NCBI GenBank assembly: GCA_963784355.1
Contig: CAWAQU010000006.1
Span: 1 to 64,000, forward strand
Length of the DNA stretch: 64,000 nucleotides
Source: an uncultured bacterium
GTDB taxonomy: Bacteria; Patescibacteriota; JACMRA01
Reading direction: 5' to 3'
In this document: piece after piece, positions 40,345 to 49,638 of the stretch
Layout of the letters: each line of letters opens with the position of its first letter
How positions within the stretch are numbered: the first letter of the stretch is position 1
The notes under the pieces: model-generated
Database searches by the model: none
What the model saw: the letters and a program-made list of their open reading frames with translations, nothing else
Told to the model about the DNA's origin: nothing
Translations under genes and position numbers: made by a program

Positions 40345-41700
40345 ATGTACGAAAATAATAATTCAGATAGAAGAAGATCATCATCATCAAACTCAAGTTC
40401 AAGCAGAAGTAGTAGACCATCAAGTGGAGGTTTCGGAGGATCAGACAGAAATAGCTCAGATAGGGGTGGAGATAGAAGAAGATCATCATTTGGCGGAGGT
40501 AGATCATCAGGAGGTTTTGGTGGTGGTAATTCAGGGGGTGGAAACAGAGGAGGAGGCAGAAGATTTGGTAGACCAGTTAAAAGATCCAATTATGATCTTT
40601 ATATTAAAGCTGCTACAGAAAAAACCGAAGAAAAGAAATACAATTCAACTTTTTTATTTAAAGATTTAGAGGTAGACAAAGGACTAGTGGAAGCAATTTT
40701 AGCTTTAGGTTTTGTTGCACCTACACCAATACAAGATATGGCAATTCCTCATATTCTTGCTAAAAAAGATGTGATTGGTTTGGCTAGCACCGGTACTGGT
40801 AAAACAGGAGCATTTTTGATTCCTTTGATCCAGCAAGCTATAGAACATGAAGATAAAAGAGAAGAATGGCAGACTTTGATCATTGCTCCAACTAGGGAAT
40901 TAGCTCTACAAATAAATGAAGAATTTTCAAAATTTAGGCCAAGAAATCCAAAACTTTTCTCAGCTGTTTGTATTGGAGGATCAAACATGTATACTCAGAT
41001 CCAAAATATGAAGAAAAAGAACCACTTCATAATTGGTACCCCAGGTAGAATAAAAGATTTAATTGAACGCAAGATTTTGAACTTAAGTAAATTTAAGTGT
41101 GTTGTATTAGATGAGGTTGATAGAATGTTAGATATGGGATTTATAGACGATATAAATTTGATTGTCTCTAAACTTCCTCCTGAACGCCAAAGTTTATTCT
41201 TCTCAGCTACACTTAGTAGAAATTTAGTTCCTATTGCAAATGCATTCTTAACTAATCCTGTCACTGTATCAATGGATGAATCAGGGCCAAGTCAAAATGT
41301 CCATCAAGATGTTGTAAAAACTACTAACAGATCTCATAAAATTGAAGCTTTACAAGAAATTTTAGCATCAGATAATTGTACTAAATCTTTGATTTTTACT
41401 CAAACTAAGATGGAAGCTGAAAATTTAAATGATGAGTTATATAAACTCGGCTATAGGTCAGAGTCTATTCATGGAGACAAAAAATTAGCTTACAGAAAGA
41501 GAGCTTTAGACTCGTTTAAAACCGGTAGAGTATCCATTTTAGTAGCTACTGATGTGGCAGCTAGAGGTATTGATGTGAAAGATATTAGTCATGTAATCAA
41601 CTATGACGAGCCAGAGAATTACGATACATATATTCACCGTATCGGTCGAACAGGTAGGGGAGGCAGCACAGGATGGGCTATTACTTTTGTAAACGCTTAG
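40345..41700 (+). CDS. DEAD-box RNA helicase with N-terminal Arg/Ser/Gly-rich tail
   Basis: PTPIQ, TGTGKT, PTRELA, TPGR, DEVD, SAT, ARGID, HRIGRTGR. Confidence 0.96.
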   Translation: MYENNNSDRRRSSSSNSSSSRSSRPSSGGFGGSDRNSSDRGGDRRRSSFGGGRSSGGFGGGNSGGGNRGGGRRFGRPVKRSNYDLYIKAATEKTEEKKYNSTFLFKDLEVDKGLVEAILALGFVAPTPIQDMAIPHILAKKDVIGLASTGTGKTGAFLIPLIQQAIEHEDKREEWQTLIIAPTRELALQINEEFSKFRPRNPKLFSAVCIGGSNMYTQIQNMKKKNHFIIGTPGRIKDLIERKILNLSKFKCVVLDEVDRMLDMGFIDDINLIVSKLPPERQSLFFSATLSRNLVPIANAFLTNPVTVSMDESGPSQNVHQDVVKTTNRSHKIEALQEILASDNCTKSLIFTQTKMEAENLNDELYKLGYRSESIHGDKKLAYRKRALDSFKTGRVSILVATDVAARGIDVKDISHVINYDEPENYDTYIHRIGRTGRGGSTGWAITFVNA

Positions 41701-41720
41701 CCATTTTTAAGACCAGAAAT

Positions 41721-42371
41721 TTAAAAAAATACCCAAACACTTAAATATCCGGAAACAATTGGTAGCATTAAATTGTCCCAACCATCTCCAAACACAGCTT
41801 CAACACAAGTTAGAAATAAAGAACTAACTATACTTTTGCTAAATCTATCTCCAGTAATGCCCAGATTGTAGATAGGCAATAGAAATAGCATAAGTAAGAC
41901 TGTGACAGTAAAAAAAGTAATGCTACCTTCAATTGTTTTCTCTACTCCAATTTGAAATTTGATCTTTCCATAAAGTTTACCTACTACGGCAGCTAAAGCA
42001 TCAGAGAAACCTAAAATTAGACAACACATTTGGTAAACATATGGCTCAAAGTTCCAAAAAGTTATCGCTGCAATCATTAGTCCCAGGACGAAAAATTGTG
42101 GCGATTTTGTTTTCATGTAATATTCACCTTGAAATAACCAGACAAATAAACCTAATTGTTTTGAAATCGTAAGTATTAATATAAAAGCAAAACCGGAAAT
42201 GATAACTGTATTTATACTCATCCAGTAGGGTAGCAATAAAGCGATAATAGAACCTGCAATATGGGTTATATTTCTAGCAAAGTAATTCGGTGTATTTAGC
42301 CTATGAGCAATCTCACCCAAGGCCATAGATACACAAAATAAGGCTCCAATTATCACTGCGTGCAATATCAT
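41721..42371 (-). CDS. Dolichol/phytol kinase-like membrane protein (CTP-dependent polyprenol kinase family)
   Basis: RNITHI, DALAAVVG, KTIEGS, DNLMLP. Confidence 0.85.
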   Translation of the reverse strand: MILHAVIIGALFCVSMALGEIAHRLNTPNYFARNITHIAGSIIALLLPYWMSINTVIISGFAFILILTISKQLGLFVWLFQGEYYMKTKSPQFFVLGLMIAAITFWNFEPYVYQMCCLILGFSDALAAVVGKLYGKIKFQIGVEKTIEGSITFFTVTVLLMLFLLPIYNLGITGDRFSKSIVSSLFLTCVEAVFGDGWDNLMLPIVSGYLSVWVFF

Positions 42372-42445
42372 TACATTAATTATACCCTAAAACTTATGTT
42401 TAGTCTAATTCAAGGCAATCATTTATACTTTAAGTGATTAGAATC

Positions 42446-43492
42446 TTAAAATCCCAATAAATTAATCTCCGTTTCCAAATCAAGGTTATATTTTATTTTA
42501 GCTTCAGATTTTACAGCGTTGATTAGTTTCATCACATCTTCAGCTTTTCCCTCACCCTTATTTTCAATGAAATTGGCGTGTTTATCTGAAATCATGACTT
42601 CACCCTGAGTTTTTCCTTTCCAATTAAATTCTTTATCTACGATATAACCGACGCTTGGGGTAGGGAACCCTAATTCAGCTTGTTTTTCCAATGGTATATT
42701 TTTAAATGTGCATCCTGCGGTTCTACGTGGTTGAATTCTTTTGCGTTTCATCCATTCATTTGCTACAAATTTCGCTTTTTCTATATCTCCTTTAAATAAA
42801 TTGAGTGTGACTGAAACTACTATAATATTTTTATTGTCTCTTAAAACACTTTGATCATATCCGAAATTAAAATCTTTAAATAAAAATTCTTGTAACTTGC
42901 CATCGACTAGGACTTCTGCAGAATAAAAATTGTCAGAAAAATGTTTGGTGCCTCCATGGATATTATTAAATAAGGCTCCTCCAATTGTACCTGGAATTCC
43001 GGCAAAGAATTGCAATCCGCTTATTTCATTTTTTAGTGTCCAAGCAATTGCCCAAGATAAATCTACACCTGAATCAAATTTCACTTTAGTTCTTTGGCCA
43101 GATTCTTCATAATCTAGATCTTTAAATGAGTAAAAACTTCCATCTTCTTCACCGTGTCTTGGTGGAATCCAAGGATTGTAAGCCTCTGCATCGACAGCAC
43201 TGATTTTAGCTGTCTCAGTATGTTCTAAAAGCTCAATGTTTTTGGATTTATTTATAATAACCAATCCTTTTATACCACTATCTGAGATAAGTACATTTGA
43301 GCCACCACCAAGGATAGTGTAGGGGATATCATTCTCAATTGATATATTTACAAGTTCGATTAAATCTTTAGAGCTAGTTAATTCAACTAAATATTCTGCT
43401 GGGCCACCGATTTTCCAAGTGGTGTAGGGGGCTAATGGGCAACTTAGTTTTGGATTGAACTTAGATATTTGATTTAAAAAGATTGTGTTCAT
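42446..43492 (-). CDS. murB: UDP-N-acetylenolpyruvoylglucosamine reductase
   Basis: TTWKIGGPA, GGGSNVL, GIPGTIGG, GCTFKN, KHANF, LETE. Confidence 0.95.
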   Translation of the reverse strand: MNTIFLNQISKFNPKLSCPLAPYTTWKIGGPAEYLVELTSSKDLIELVNISIENDIPYTILGGGSNVLISDSGIKGLVIINKSKNIELLEHTETAKISAVDAEAYNPWIPPRHGEEDGSFYSFKDLDYEESGQRTKVKFDSGVDLSWAIAWTLKNEISGLQFFAGIPGTIGGALFNNIHGGTKHFSDNFYSAEVLVDGKLQEFLFKDFNFGYDQSVLRDNKNIIVVSVTLNLFKGDIEKAKFVANEWMKRKRIQPRRTAGCTFKNIPLEKQAELGFPTPSVGYIVDKEFNWKGKTQGEVMISDKHANFIENKGEGKAEDVMKLINAVKSEAKIKYNLDLETEINLLGF

Positions 43493-43500
43493 AGGGTTGA

Positions 43501-43528
43501 ATTTTAGTCATTTACTAGCTTTTGTCAA
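43501..43528 (-). promoter_or_regulatory. Sigma70 promoter of murB (near-leaderless)
   Basis: TTGACA-N16-TAAAAT, 8 nt before ATG. Confidence 0.65.
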
Positions 43529-43603
43529 GTAAGCCTTATATCATATATGATATATTATTGTATTTTTGACATTAAAGGTACTAGCTGCAATTATATGATT
43601 ATA

Positions 43604-44506
43604 ATGAACTATTATATAGTTTTACCGAGTAAAAAGATACCGCAGCCCTATTTAACTTATAAGTATACTGAAGAGTTGGAAGTAGGTAGAATAATTGAAG
43701 TAAACGTTAGAAATGCTAGTGTGTGGGCTGTGGTACTAAAAAAAGTGGATGTAAGTAGCTTAAAATTTGATGAATCCAAAGTTAAAGAGATTGAAAATAA
43801 ATTACCTGTAATATTGGGGGAGCAAAATATAAAATTTTTATATGCCTTTAGTCAAAATACTTTTAACACATTAAATACAGTTTTAAATTCATTTTTACAA
43901 CCATTTAAATTATTAACAAAAAAGCAATGGTCTGAACTTAGTTCGAAACAAGTGGAATTGGCTCAAAATACCCCCCCGGCTTCTGGAAGTGGTTTCAATG
44001 TATTATTTGATCTAAATATATATACCACGTTACGTATAATATACATTATACGAAGTCATTTAAATACAACAAAAAAAAGAATACTACTAGTCTTCCCTGA
44101 AACAAAACACATCAATCGATTTTTAGATGAACTTACTAATCAACAAGATTTTACTGAAATAAAGAAAAAGCTCGACATTTTTATATATACAGGCTCTCCG
44201 GATAAAGAATCAAAGAAAACTGTGTGGAGTATTTTAAATCAAAATTCTAAGACTACTATTATACTTTCAACTCGCAGCGGACTCTTTCTACCATTTAATA
44301 AGTTGGATGAAATAATATTAGTTGATGAAGCAAATTCATTTCATATTCAAGACCAAAATCAGATTTATTTTGATACGCGTGACGTTATTTACCTAATGGC
44401 CCAGAGTTTTCAGTCCAAATTGACCTTCTTAAGTACCCTACCCTCAATTAGGCTCTATAATTTCTATCAGAGCGAAGTTTTTACTCAGTTTAAGGAAAAG
44501 TATTGA
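43604..44506 (+). CDS. priA: Primosomal protein N' (PriA), N-terminal part, degenerate helicase motifs
   Basis: LTYK...VGRIIEV 3'-binding domain; TRSGLFLPFNKLDEIILVDEA, DTRDV, STLPS; ATG 43604 preferred. Confidence 0.8.
   Translation: MNYYIVLPSKKIPQPYLTYKYTEELEVGRIIEVNVRNASVWAVVLKKVDVSSLKFDESKVKEIENKLPVILGEQNIKFLYAFSQNTFNTLNTVLNSFLQPFKLLTKKQWSELSSKQVELAQNTPPASGSGFNVLFDLNIYTTLRIIYIIRSHLNTTKKRILLVFPETKHINRFLDELTNQQDFTEIKKKLDIFIYTGSPDKESKKTVWSILNQNSKTTIILSTRSGLFLPFNKLDEIILVDEANSFHIQDQNQIYFDTRDVIYLMAQSFQSKLTFLSTLPSIRLYNFYQSEVFTQFKEKY
44029..44056. other. Putative chromosome dimer resolution site (dif), 11-6-11 bp, inside priA
   Basis: GTTACGTATAA-TATACA-TTATACGAAGT; spacer equals the E. coli dif core TGTATA on the minus strand; lies at the KOPS polarity switch. 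Confidence 0.8.
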
Positions 44507-45546
44507 TGTCTCAAAAAAAAGCTTTATTTATACATTGTAGACGTGGACTTTATCAGCTAACCAAATGCAAAAGTTGTGGTCATAGTTTTTCTTGTGATAA
44601 TTGTGATGCTAAACTGGTTACTTATAAAACAGGTGGTAGCAGTCTTGAACTTCTGTGTCACCAGTGCCAAACTTATTATAAGTATCCAAATCATTGTCCT
44701 AAGTGTAACTCAAAGGAAATATTTTCTAAATATGGTGGTATTGAAGAATTAGCGCAGTTATTGGAAAAAGAAGATTATAAACTTATTAGACTTGATCAAT
44801 CAAAAAACTTCCCTACAAATCATGCAAATGAAATAGAATCAAATATTGAGGGTAAAAATATACAAATTTCTTTTAGACAAAATAAAAATGACCTAGTAAG
44901 CCCACATTTAACCAGTAATTTAGAAGAATATGATATTTACCTACATACAAGAATATTTGACCCGCTTTTACCCTACTCTATTTTTGATAAAATAGTATTT
45001 GTACAAGCTGAGAATTTACTTGCTAGCCCTGATTATCTAGTAAGCGAAGAAATAATCAAAGCAACTGCTGAAATTTTACTTCAATGCAATACAACTAATG
45101 AAATCATATTTGATACAAATGCCCCTGAATTGGAATTATTTGAAGAGTTAAAAAAACTCCACTACGAGTATCCTGAAAATCACAAGGTCTATGAGTGGTA
45201 TTTAGAATTTTTGGAAAAAGAGAAATCAAACAGGCAAAAATACGGTTTTCCACCATTCAAGAATTTACTTTTGATTACTACTCAGGAAAAAGATATTCAA
45301 AGCTCCAATAAAAAACTAGAAACAATTACTAATTATCTGGATAAGATGAGAGGTGAGTTACCTGAAGTAAGTTGGTCTACCCCCTACCCTGCGAGGTTTT
45401 TAAAACGAAAAAATATGTATTCACATCACATTTTGCTACGTTTCCCGCGCCAATATGAACATTTCAATCTTTTAAGAAAGGAAATCGGAGAAATTGTAGA
45501 GTTATATAGAGTACAAGTAAGGCTTAACCCCAGACATTTGTTTTAG
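44506..45546 (+). CDS. priA: PriA C-terminal part (Zn-binding Cys-rich region plus CTD)
   Basis: RRG..CKSCG..CDNC..CHQC..CPKC, GGIEE, RQKYGFPPF; TGATG overlap with upstream part. Confidence 0.85.
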   Translation: MSQKKALFIHCRRGLYQLTKCKSCGHSFSCDNCDAKLVTYKTGGSSLELLCHQCQTYYKYPNHCPKCNSKEIFSKYGGIEELAQLLEKEDYKLIRLDQSKNFPTNHANEIESNIEGKNIQISFRQNKNDLVSPHLTSNLEEYDIYLHTRIFDPLLPYSIFDKIVFVQAENLLASPDYLVSEEIIKATAEILLQCNTTNEIIFDTNAPELELFEELKKLHYEYPENHKVYEWYLEFLEKEKSNRQKYGFPPFKNLLLITTQEKDIQSSNKKLETITNYLDKMRGELPEVSWSTPYPARFLKRKNMYSHHILLRFPRQYEHFNLLRKEIGEIVELYRVQVRLNPRHLF

Positions 45547-45615
45547 AAACAGGCAGTAGAGCAATTTTTACTTAGGTTTTTACTTGTTTTGTTATATTTT
45601 TTGTGTAAATTTACT

Positions 45616-45627
45616 GACTTCGTATAA
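45616..45627 (+). other. dif-arm-like 12-mer (satellite 3)
   Basis: GACTTCGTATAA-TGTAT, intergenic. Confidence 0.75.
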
Positions 45628-45662
45628 TGTATTAAGTATTTTATTTCAATTCAAATTAACTT

Positions 45663-46016
45663 TTAGTCGTGGAAACTTGTAATTTCAAACTCATTCCCTT
45701 CGATATCAACGCAAGAGACAGAATTATATTCATCATAATCAACATCTAAAATTTTTCCGCCTAAGTTTATTACTTTTCCTTTTAAAATCACTAATTCTGT
45801 GCTATTAAATTCAAAAACTGGAACACAATTTGATCCAATCCATTTTTCATACTCTAAAGAAATAAAAGATAAATTTATATTACCAAAATCAAATTCTACC
45901 CATTCTTTAGTGTCTTTTTCAGGCTTTGGAGAAATATTAAACAGCTCTGAATATAAAGTTTTTAATTTAGTTATATCTTTGCTTTTAAAATATACTGTTC
46001 TGATTTTTAAGGTCAT
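45663..46016 (-). CDS. VOC/glyoxalase family protein
   Basis: TVYF, YSELF, WVEF, PVFE, DIEGNEFEI. Confidence 0.8.
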   Translation of the reverse strand: MTLKIRTVYFKSKDITKLKTLYSELFNISPKPEKDTKEWVEFDFGNINLSFISLEYEKWIGSNCVPVFEFNSTELVILKGKVINLGGKILDVDYDEYNSVSCVDIEGNEFEITSFHD

Positions 46017-46075
46017 GTATCCAAAAAAATAGAGTAGCTTATTACTGTCAAATTTGGAGTTAAGTTCTACTTTTT

Positions 46076-46087
46076 GACTTCGTATAA
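46076..46087 (+). other. dif-arm-like 12-mer (satellite 4)
   Basis: GACTTCGTATAA, intergenic. Confidence 0.75.
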
Positions 46088-46133
46088 TAATTTAACATTT
46101 GACATTTGCAGTTTTGGGAGCAATATTTATGTG

Positions 46134-46589
46134 ATGTCATATTACCTTTATTCCAAGCCATTTACTAAGTTACCTAACTGGACTGAGCTATACACGGCCA
46201 AAATAATATCACTACCCAATAATCACTTAGTTAAAATACACATCGGTCAAAACTTACATTATATCACTTCGGATAATGATAACCTAAACTTTACGGAAAT
46301 ACTTACGGAAAATCTACCAATTAAGTTAGTACCAGATTCTTTAGAGTTTGAGCCAATTATTGATTACACAAATCAAACAGAGAATTATAAAATAAGTGTT
46401 AAAAAGTTCGATGAAAACGAGATTGATGAATTCCTCAAAACTCCTGATTGTTTATTTTATTTATTTACAAATGGTGACTGGAAAATTATCAGATGGGAAA
46501 TAGATAAGCAGCAATTGATATTCAAAACTCTACAAACTCTAGATGAAAACCAATTCACTATTTTTACCGAAACAAGCTATAATTTTTAA
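46134..46589 (+). CDS. Hypothetical protein
   Basis: ATG 46134 follows TTGACA-N17-AATATT; the track's TTG start at 46074 falls in the dif-like arm. Confidence 0.6.
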   Translation: MSYYLYSKPFTKLPNWTELYTAKIISLPNNHLVKIHIGQNLHYITSDNDNLNFTEILTENLPIKLVPDSLEFEPIIDYTNQTENYKISVKKFDENEIDEFLKTPDCLFYLFTNGDWKIIRWEIDKQQLIFKTLQTLDENQFTIFTETSYNF

Positions 46590-46596
46590 ATCTTTT

Positions 46597-48414
46597 TTAT
46601 TCTTTTACGCTAATACCAAGTTCTTTTAGCTGAATAGGCAATACTTCACTTGGACTTCCGGTCATCACATCTATTCCAGAACCATTTTTTGGAAATGCAA
46701 TTATTTCACGGATATTTGTTTCACCTGATAAGACCATCATTAAACGCTCAAAACCGTTTGCATAACCAGCATGAGATGGAGCTCCATACTCATAGGCTGT
46801 AAGCATGTGTCCGAATTTAGCTCTAACTTGCTCCTCAGTGTAACCTACTACCTCAAAAGCTTTTAGCAAGGCCTGAGGTTCATGATTACGCACGCCACCG
46901 CTCAAGATTTCATAACCATTACAGGTTGCATCGTATTGTATAGCTCTTAAATCAAGTAAGGTATTATTTTTAATTGCATCTTCAAGAGTTTCCAAAGGAG
47001 TCATGCCTTCATTAGGTTTCCATGCTCCAAAGGGATTGTGAGTAAAATCAACCTTATCTGTTTTTTCGTCTTTTTCAAAGAATGGGAAATTGTAGATCCA
47101 AGAAAATTTTAAAATATTCTCATCAACCAAGTCAAAGTGCTTAGCAATATGTTGTCTCATTTGATTCTGAGCTTTCCAAACTATATTTTTATCACTGTTA
47201 GCTATAAACAAGATCAGATCACCTTTTTCAATTCCAAAATAGCTTTTAATTTCTTTCTTTTTATTTTCTATCTCCTCTTCAGTACCAAAAAACTTAAATA
47301 TAGGACTTTTATCCTCCTCATCAAAATATTGAATATAGGCTATCCCAGGTAAACCGAATTGTCTACCAATATCCTGAATTTTATCTAAATCTGATCTACT
47401 TAACTTATCTACTTTTCCTTTCAAAACAAGAGCTTGTACTCTGGCATTTTTATCTTCACACAAGTCAGCAAAAACTTTAAATCCACTTTCTTTAAACACA
47501 GGTTTTGCATCTTTCCACTCTAAATTATACCTTAAATCAGGCTTATCTGAACCAAATTTGTCCATTGCATCATCAAATGTATATCTCACAAATTGCTCAT
47601 CAGCTAGCTTTTTATCTGTAAATTCAGGCCTTACTAAAACTTCTCTTACATATTTCTCAAACAGTCCAAAAATAGCCTCTTGATCAGCCCATGCTACCTC
47701 TAAGTCAAGCTGGTAAAAATCCCCTATAGCTCTATCTGCCCTTGGATCTTCATCTCTAAAACAAGGTGCAATTTGGAAATACTTATTAAATCCACCAACC
47801 ATTAAAAGTTGCTTAAATTGCTGTGGAGCTTGTGGTAAAGCATAAAATTTGCCTGGGTGCAGTCTTGACGGTATTAAATAGTCTCTTGCTCCTTCCGGTG
47901 AAGAATTTGCCAATATTGGAGTTTGTATCTCAACAAAACCTTCACTATCAAACCAATTACGACTAGCTAAAATCAGTTTATGTTTTCTTATTAAAAGGGA
48001 TTTCAATTTTTCTCTTCTCAAATCTAAATATCTATACTTCAATCGTAGATCTTCATTTGCCAAATTTTTATCTTCAGCGTGTATGTCAAAAGGTAAGAGT
48101 TTTGCTTTAGAAACTACTTCTACTTGTTTAATATTTATTTCAATCTCTCCGGTTGGTAAATTTGGATTTATTGTATCCTGACTTCTTTTTCTAATCTCTC
48201 CAGTGACTTTAATTACAAACTCGGGTTTTAGTTCCTCAATTTTGGCTAATATTTCTCTATTTTCTTCATTACTTATTACACATTGCAAAATATCTAAACT
48301 GCTCCTTAAATCAATAAAGATTAAGCCTCCATGGTCACGAATGTTGTGTATAAAGCCGCCGACTGTAACAACTTCTCCAATCTGTTTATTGAGATTTTCA
48401 GGAATAATATACAT
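46597..48414 (-). CDS. aspS: Aspartate--tRNA ligase
   Basis: RDHGGLIFIDLR, PEGARDY, LPQAPQQFKQLLM, FRDED, IAFPK. Confidence 0.97.
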   Translation of the reverse strand: MYIIPENLNKQIGEVVTVGGFIHNIRDHGGLIFIDLRSSLDILQCVISNEENREILAKIEELKPEFVIKVTGEIRKRSQDTINPNLPTGEIEINIKQVEVVSKAKLLPFDIHAEDKNLANEDLRLKYRYLDLRREKLKSLLIRKHKLILASRNWFDSEGFVEIQTPILANSSPEGARDYLIPSRLHPGKFYALPQAPQQFKQLLMVGGFNKYFQIAPCFRDEDPRADRAIGDFYQLDLEVAWADQEAIFGLFEKYVREVLVRPEFTDKKLADEQFVRYTFDDAMDKFGSDKPDLRYNLEWKDAKPVFKESGFKVFADLCEDKNARVQALVLKGKVDKLSRSDLDKIQDIGRQFGLPGIAYIQYFDEEDKSPIFKFFGTEEEIENKKKEIKSYFGIEKGDLILFIANSDKNIVWKAQNQMRQHIAKHFDLVDENILKFSWIYNFPFFEKDEKTDKVDFTHNPFGAWKPNEGMTPLETLEDAIKNNTLLDLRAIQYDATCNGYEILSGGVRNHEPQALLKAFEVVGYTEEQVRAKFGHMLTAYEYGAPSHAGYANGFERLMMVLSGETNIREIIAFPKNGSGIDVMTGSPSEVLPIQLKELGISVKE

Positions 48415-48454
48415 ATACAATATAATTTGCAAATTTAGAATTATGAGCTTTTCA

Positions 48455-49003
48455 TTAGATCAAAAGTAAGATGAGACCTAGTATAAAACCGCCTACCAAT
48501 CCACCCAAGTGGCCAAAATTATCAATTCTGGGATCGCTGAGGCCAATACCAAAGATAAATAAAATATTAATCATTACACTTCCCAAAGTGGAATAATCCC
48601 TAGTAATAATTGCATAGGCCAATACTGCTCCAACCAAACCCATAATAGATCCACTAGCACCTAAGCTAGGCACATTCGGATTAAACAGAAAAGAGAATAA
48701 TGATCCAACAATACCAGAAACTATATAAATTAACAAAAACTTAAAACTGTCTCTATAGATTAAAAGTACTACCGGCCCTACATTATATAGAGATATCATG
48801 TTAAATAACAAATGTAAGAAGCTACCATGTAAAAAAGTGGAAGTCAAAAACCTGTAGTAATCACCACTTATAATATCAGGATTGCTTTTCCACCCCAAGC
48901 TAATAAAACTAGTAAAACTATCCCTACCAAACCTGCCAAAATTGAAAACAAAGGGTATGGCAAATACTACAATATTTATTATAATTAAAATCAAAAATAC
49001 CAT
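48455..49003 (-). CDS. Rhomboid intramembrane serine protease
   Basis: FLHGSFLHLLFNM, GASG, HLGGLVGG. Confidence 0.93.
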   Translation of the reverse strand: MVFLILIIINIVVFAIPFVFNFGRFGRDSFTSFISLGWKSNPDIISGDYYRFLTSTFLHGSFLHLLFNMISLYNVGPVVLLIYRDSFKFLLIYIVSGIVGSLFSFLFNPNVPSLGASGSIMGLVGAVLAYAIITRDYSTLGSVMINILFIFGIGLSDPRIDNFGHLGGLVGGFILGLILLLI

Positions 49004-49004
49004 A

Positions 49005-49616
49005 CTACTCTTTTTTTAGGTTTTCAGGTATTATAATTGCGAGTAAAATACCAAACAACCAGCCCCCTAATATTGGTAAAGCTTGAAATTGCAGTGGCCT
49101 CTCAACATTTACTACTGCCTCAGTAAAATTTTTCATCGGAGTGACTCTAAACCCGATTTGTCTAGAATCGTTCCATTCATCAACCAACTTCAAATATGCT
49201 GATTTGGCACCATTTAAGAATTTATTAGCATCTTCATTAGATTGAGCCTGATAAGTTAAATTTACAAACCCTGCAGCACCAGCACCAATAACATAGAAAG
49301 GTGTTTTTTCGCTATAATTCGCAATTTTAAGTCCAGCATTTTTTGCAACTGTATCTTGAATATCAATATTTTTAAATCTGGATTCTAGATAACTACTAAA
49401 ATCTTTATTGGCAGTTAGATACGCAAGAGATTTATCATTGCTATTTTGGTTTATGACCAAATAAGATTGATCATTTAAGTTCAGACCAAATGTAAGACTA
49501 GCTTGGTATGAATTTGTTTTTGCCCAAGGAAATAAAAGTAGTGTAAATAGTAGAGTACTTAATAGTATTACCCACCAACGTTTAAAAATACGCCTACGTA
49601 GTTGATCAATCGTCAT
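49005..49616 (-). CDS. Two-TM protein, Wzz/CapA chain-length-determinant-like topology
   Basis: KRWWVILL TM, YQAS, C-terminal P-TM. Confidence 0.55.
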   Translation of the reverse strand: MTIDQLRRRIFKRWWVILLSTLLFTLLLFPWAKTNSYQASLTFGLNLNDQSYLVINQNSNDKSLAYLTANKDFSSYLESRFKNIDIQDTVAKNAGLKIANYSEKTPFYVIGAGAAGFVNLTYQAQSNEDANKFLNGAKSAYLKLVDEWNDSRQIGFRVTPMKNFTEAVVNVERPLQFQALPILGGWLFGILLAIIIPENLKKE

Positions 49617-49638
49617 ATATATTAAAATAATTTATATA

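Noticed and set aside
8128-43599. A class of long-spacer (20-23 nt) sigma70 promoters at typA, ABC, dps and priA
   Set aside because: -10-like hexamers are too frequent in this AT-rich DNA to assign without TSS data
44026-44059. loxP or Cre-lox mate-pair linker contamination
   Set aside because: No copy is exact loxP (always GACTTCG rather than AACTTCG, different spacer and right arm); the site is in frame in priA and copies are polarised with KOPS
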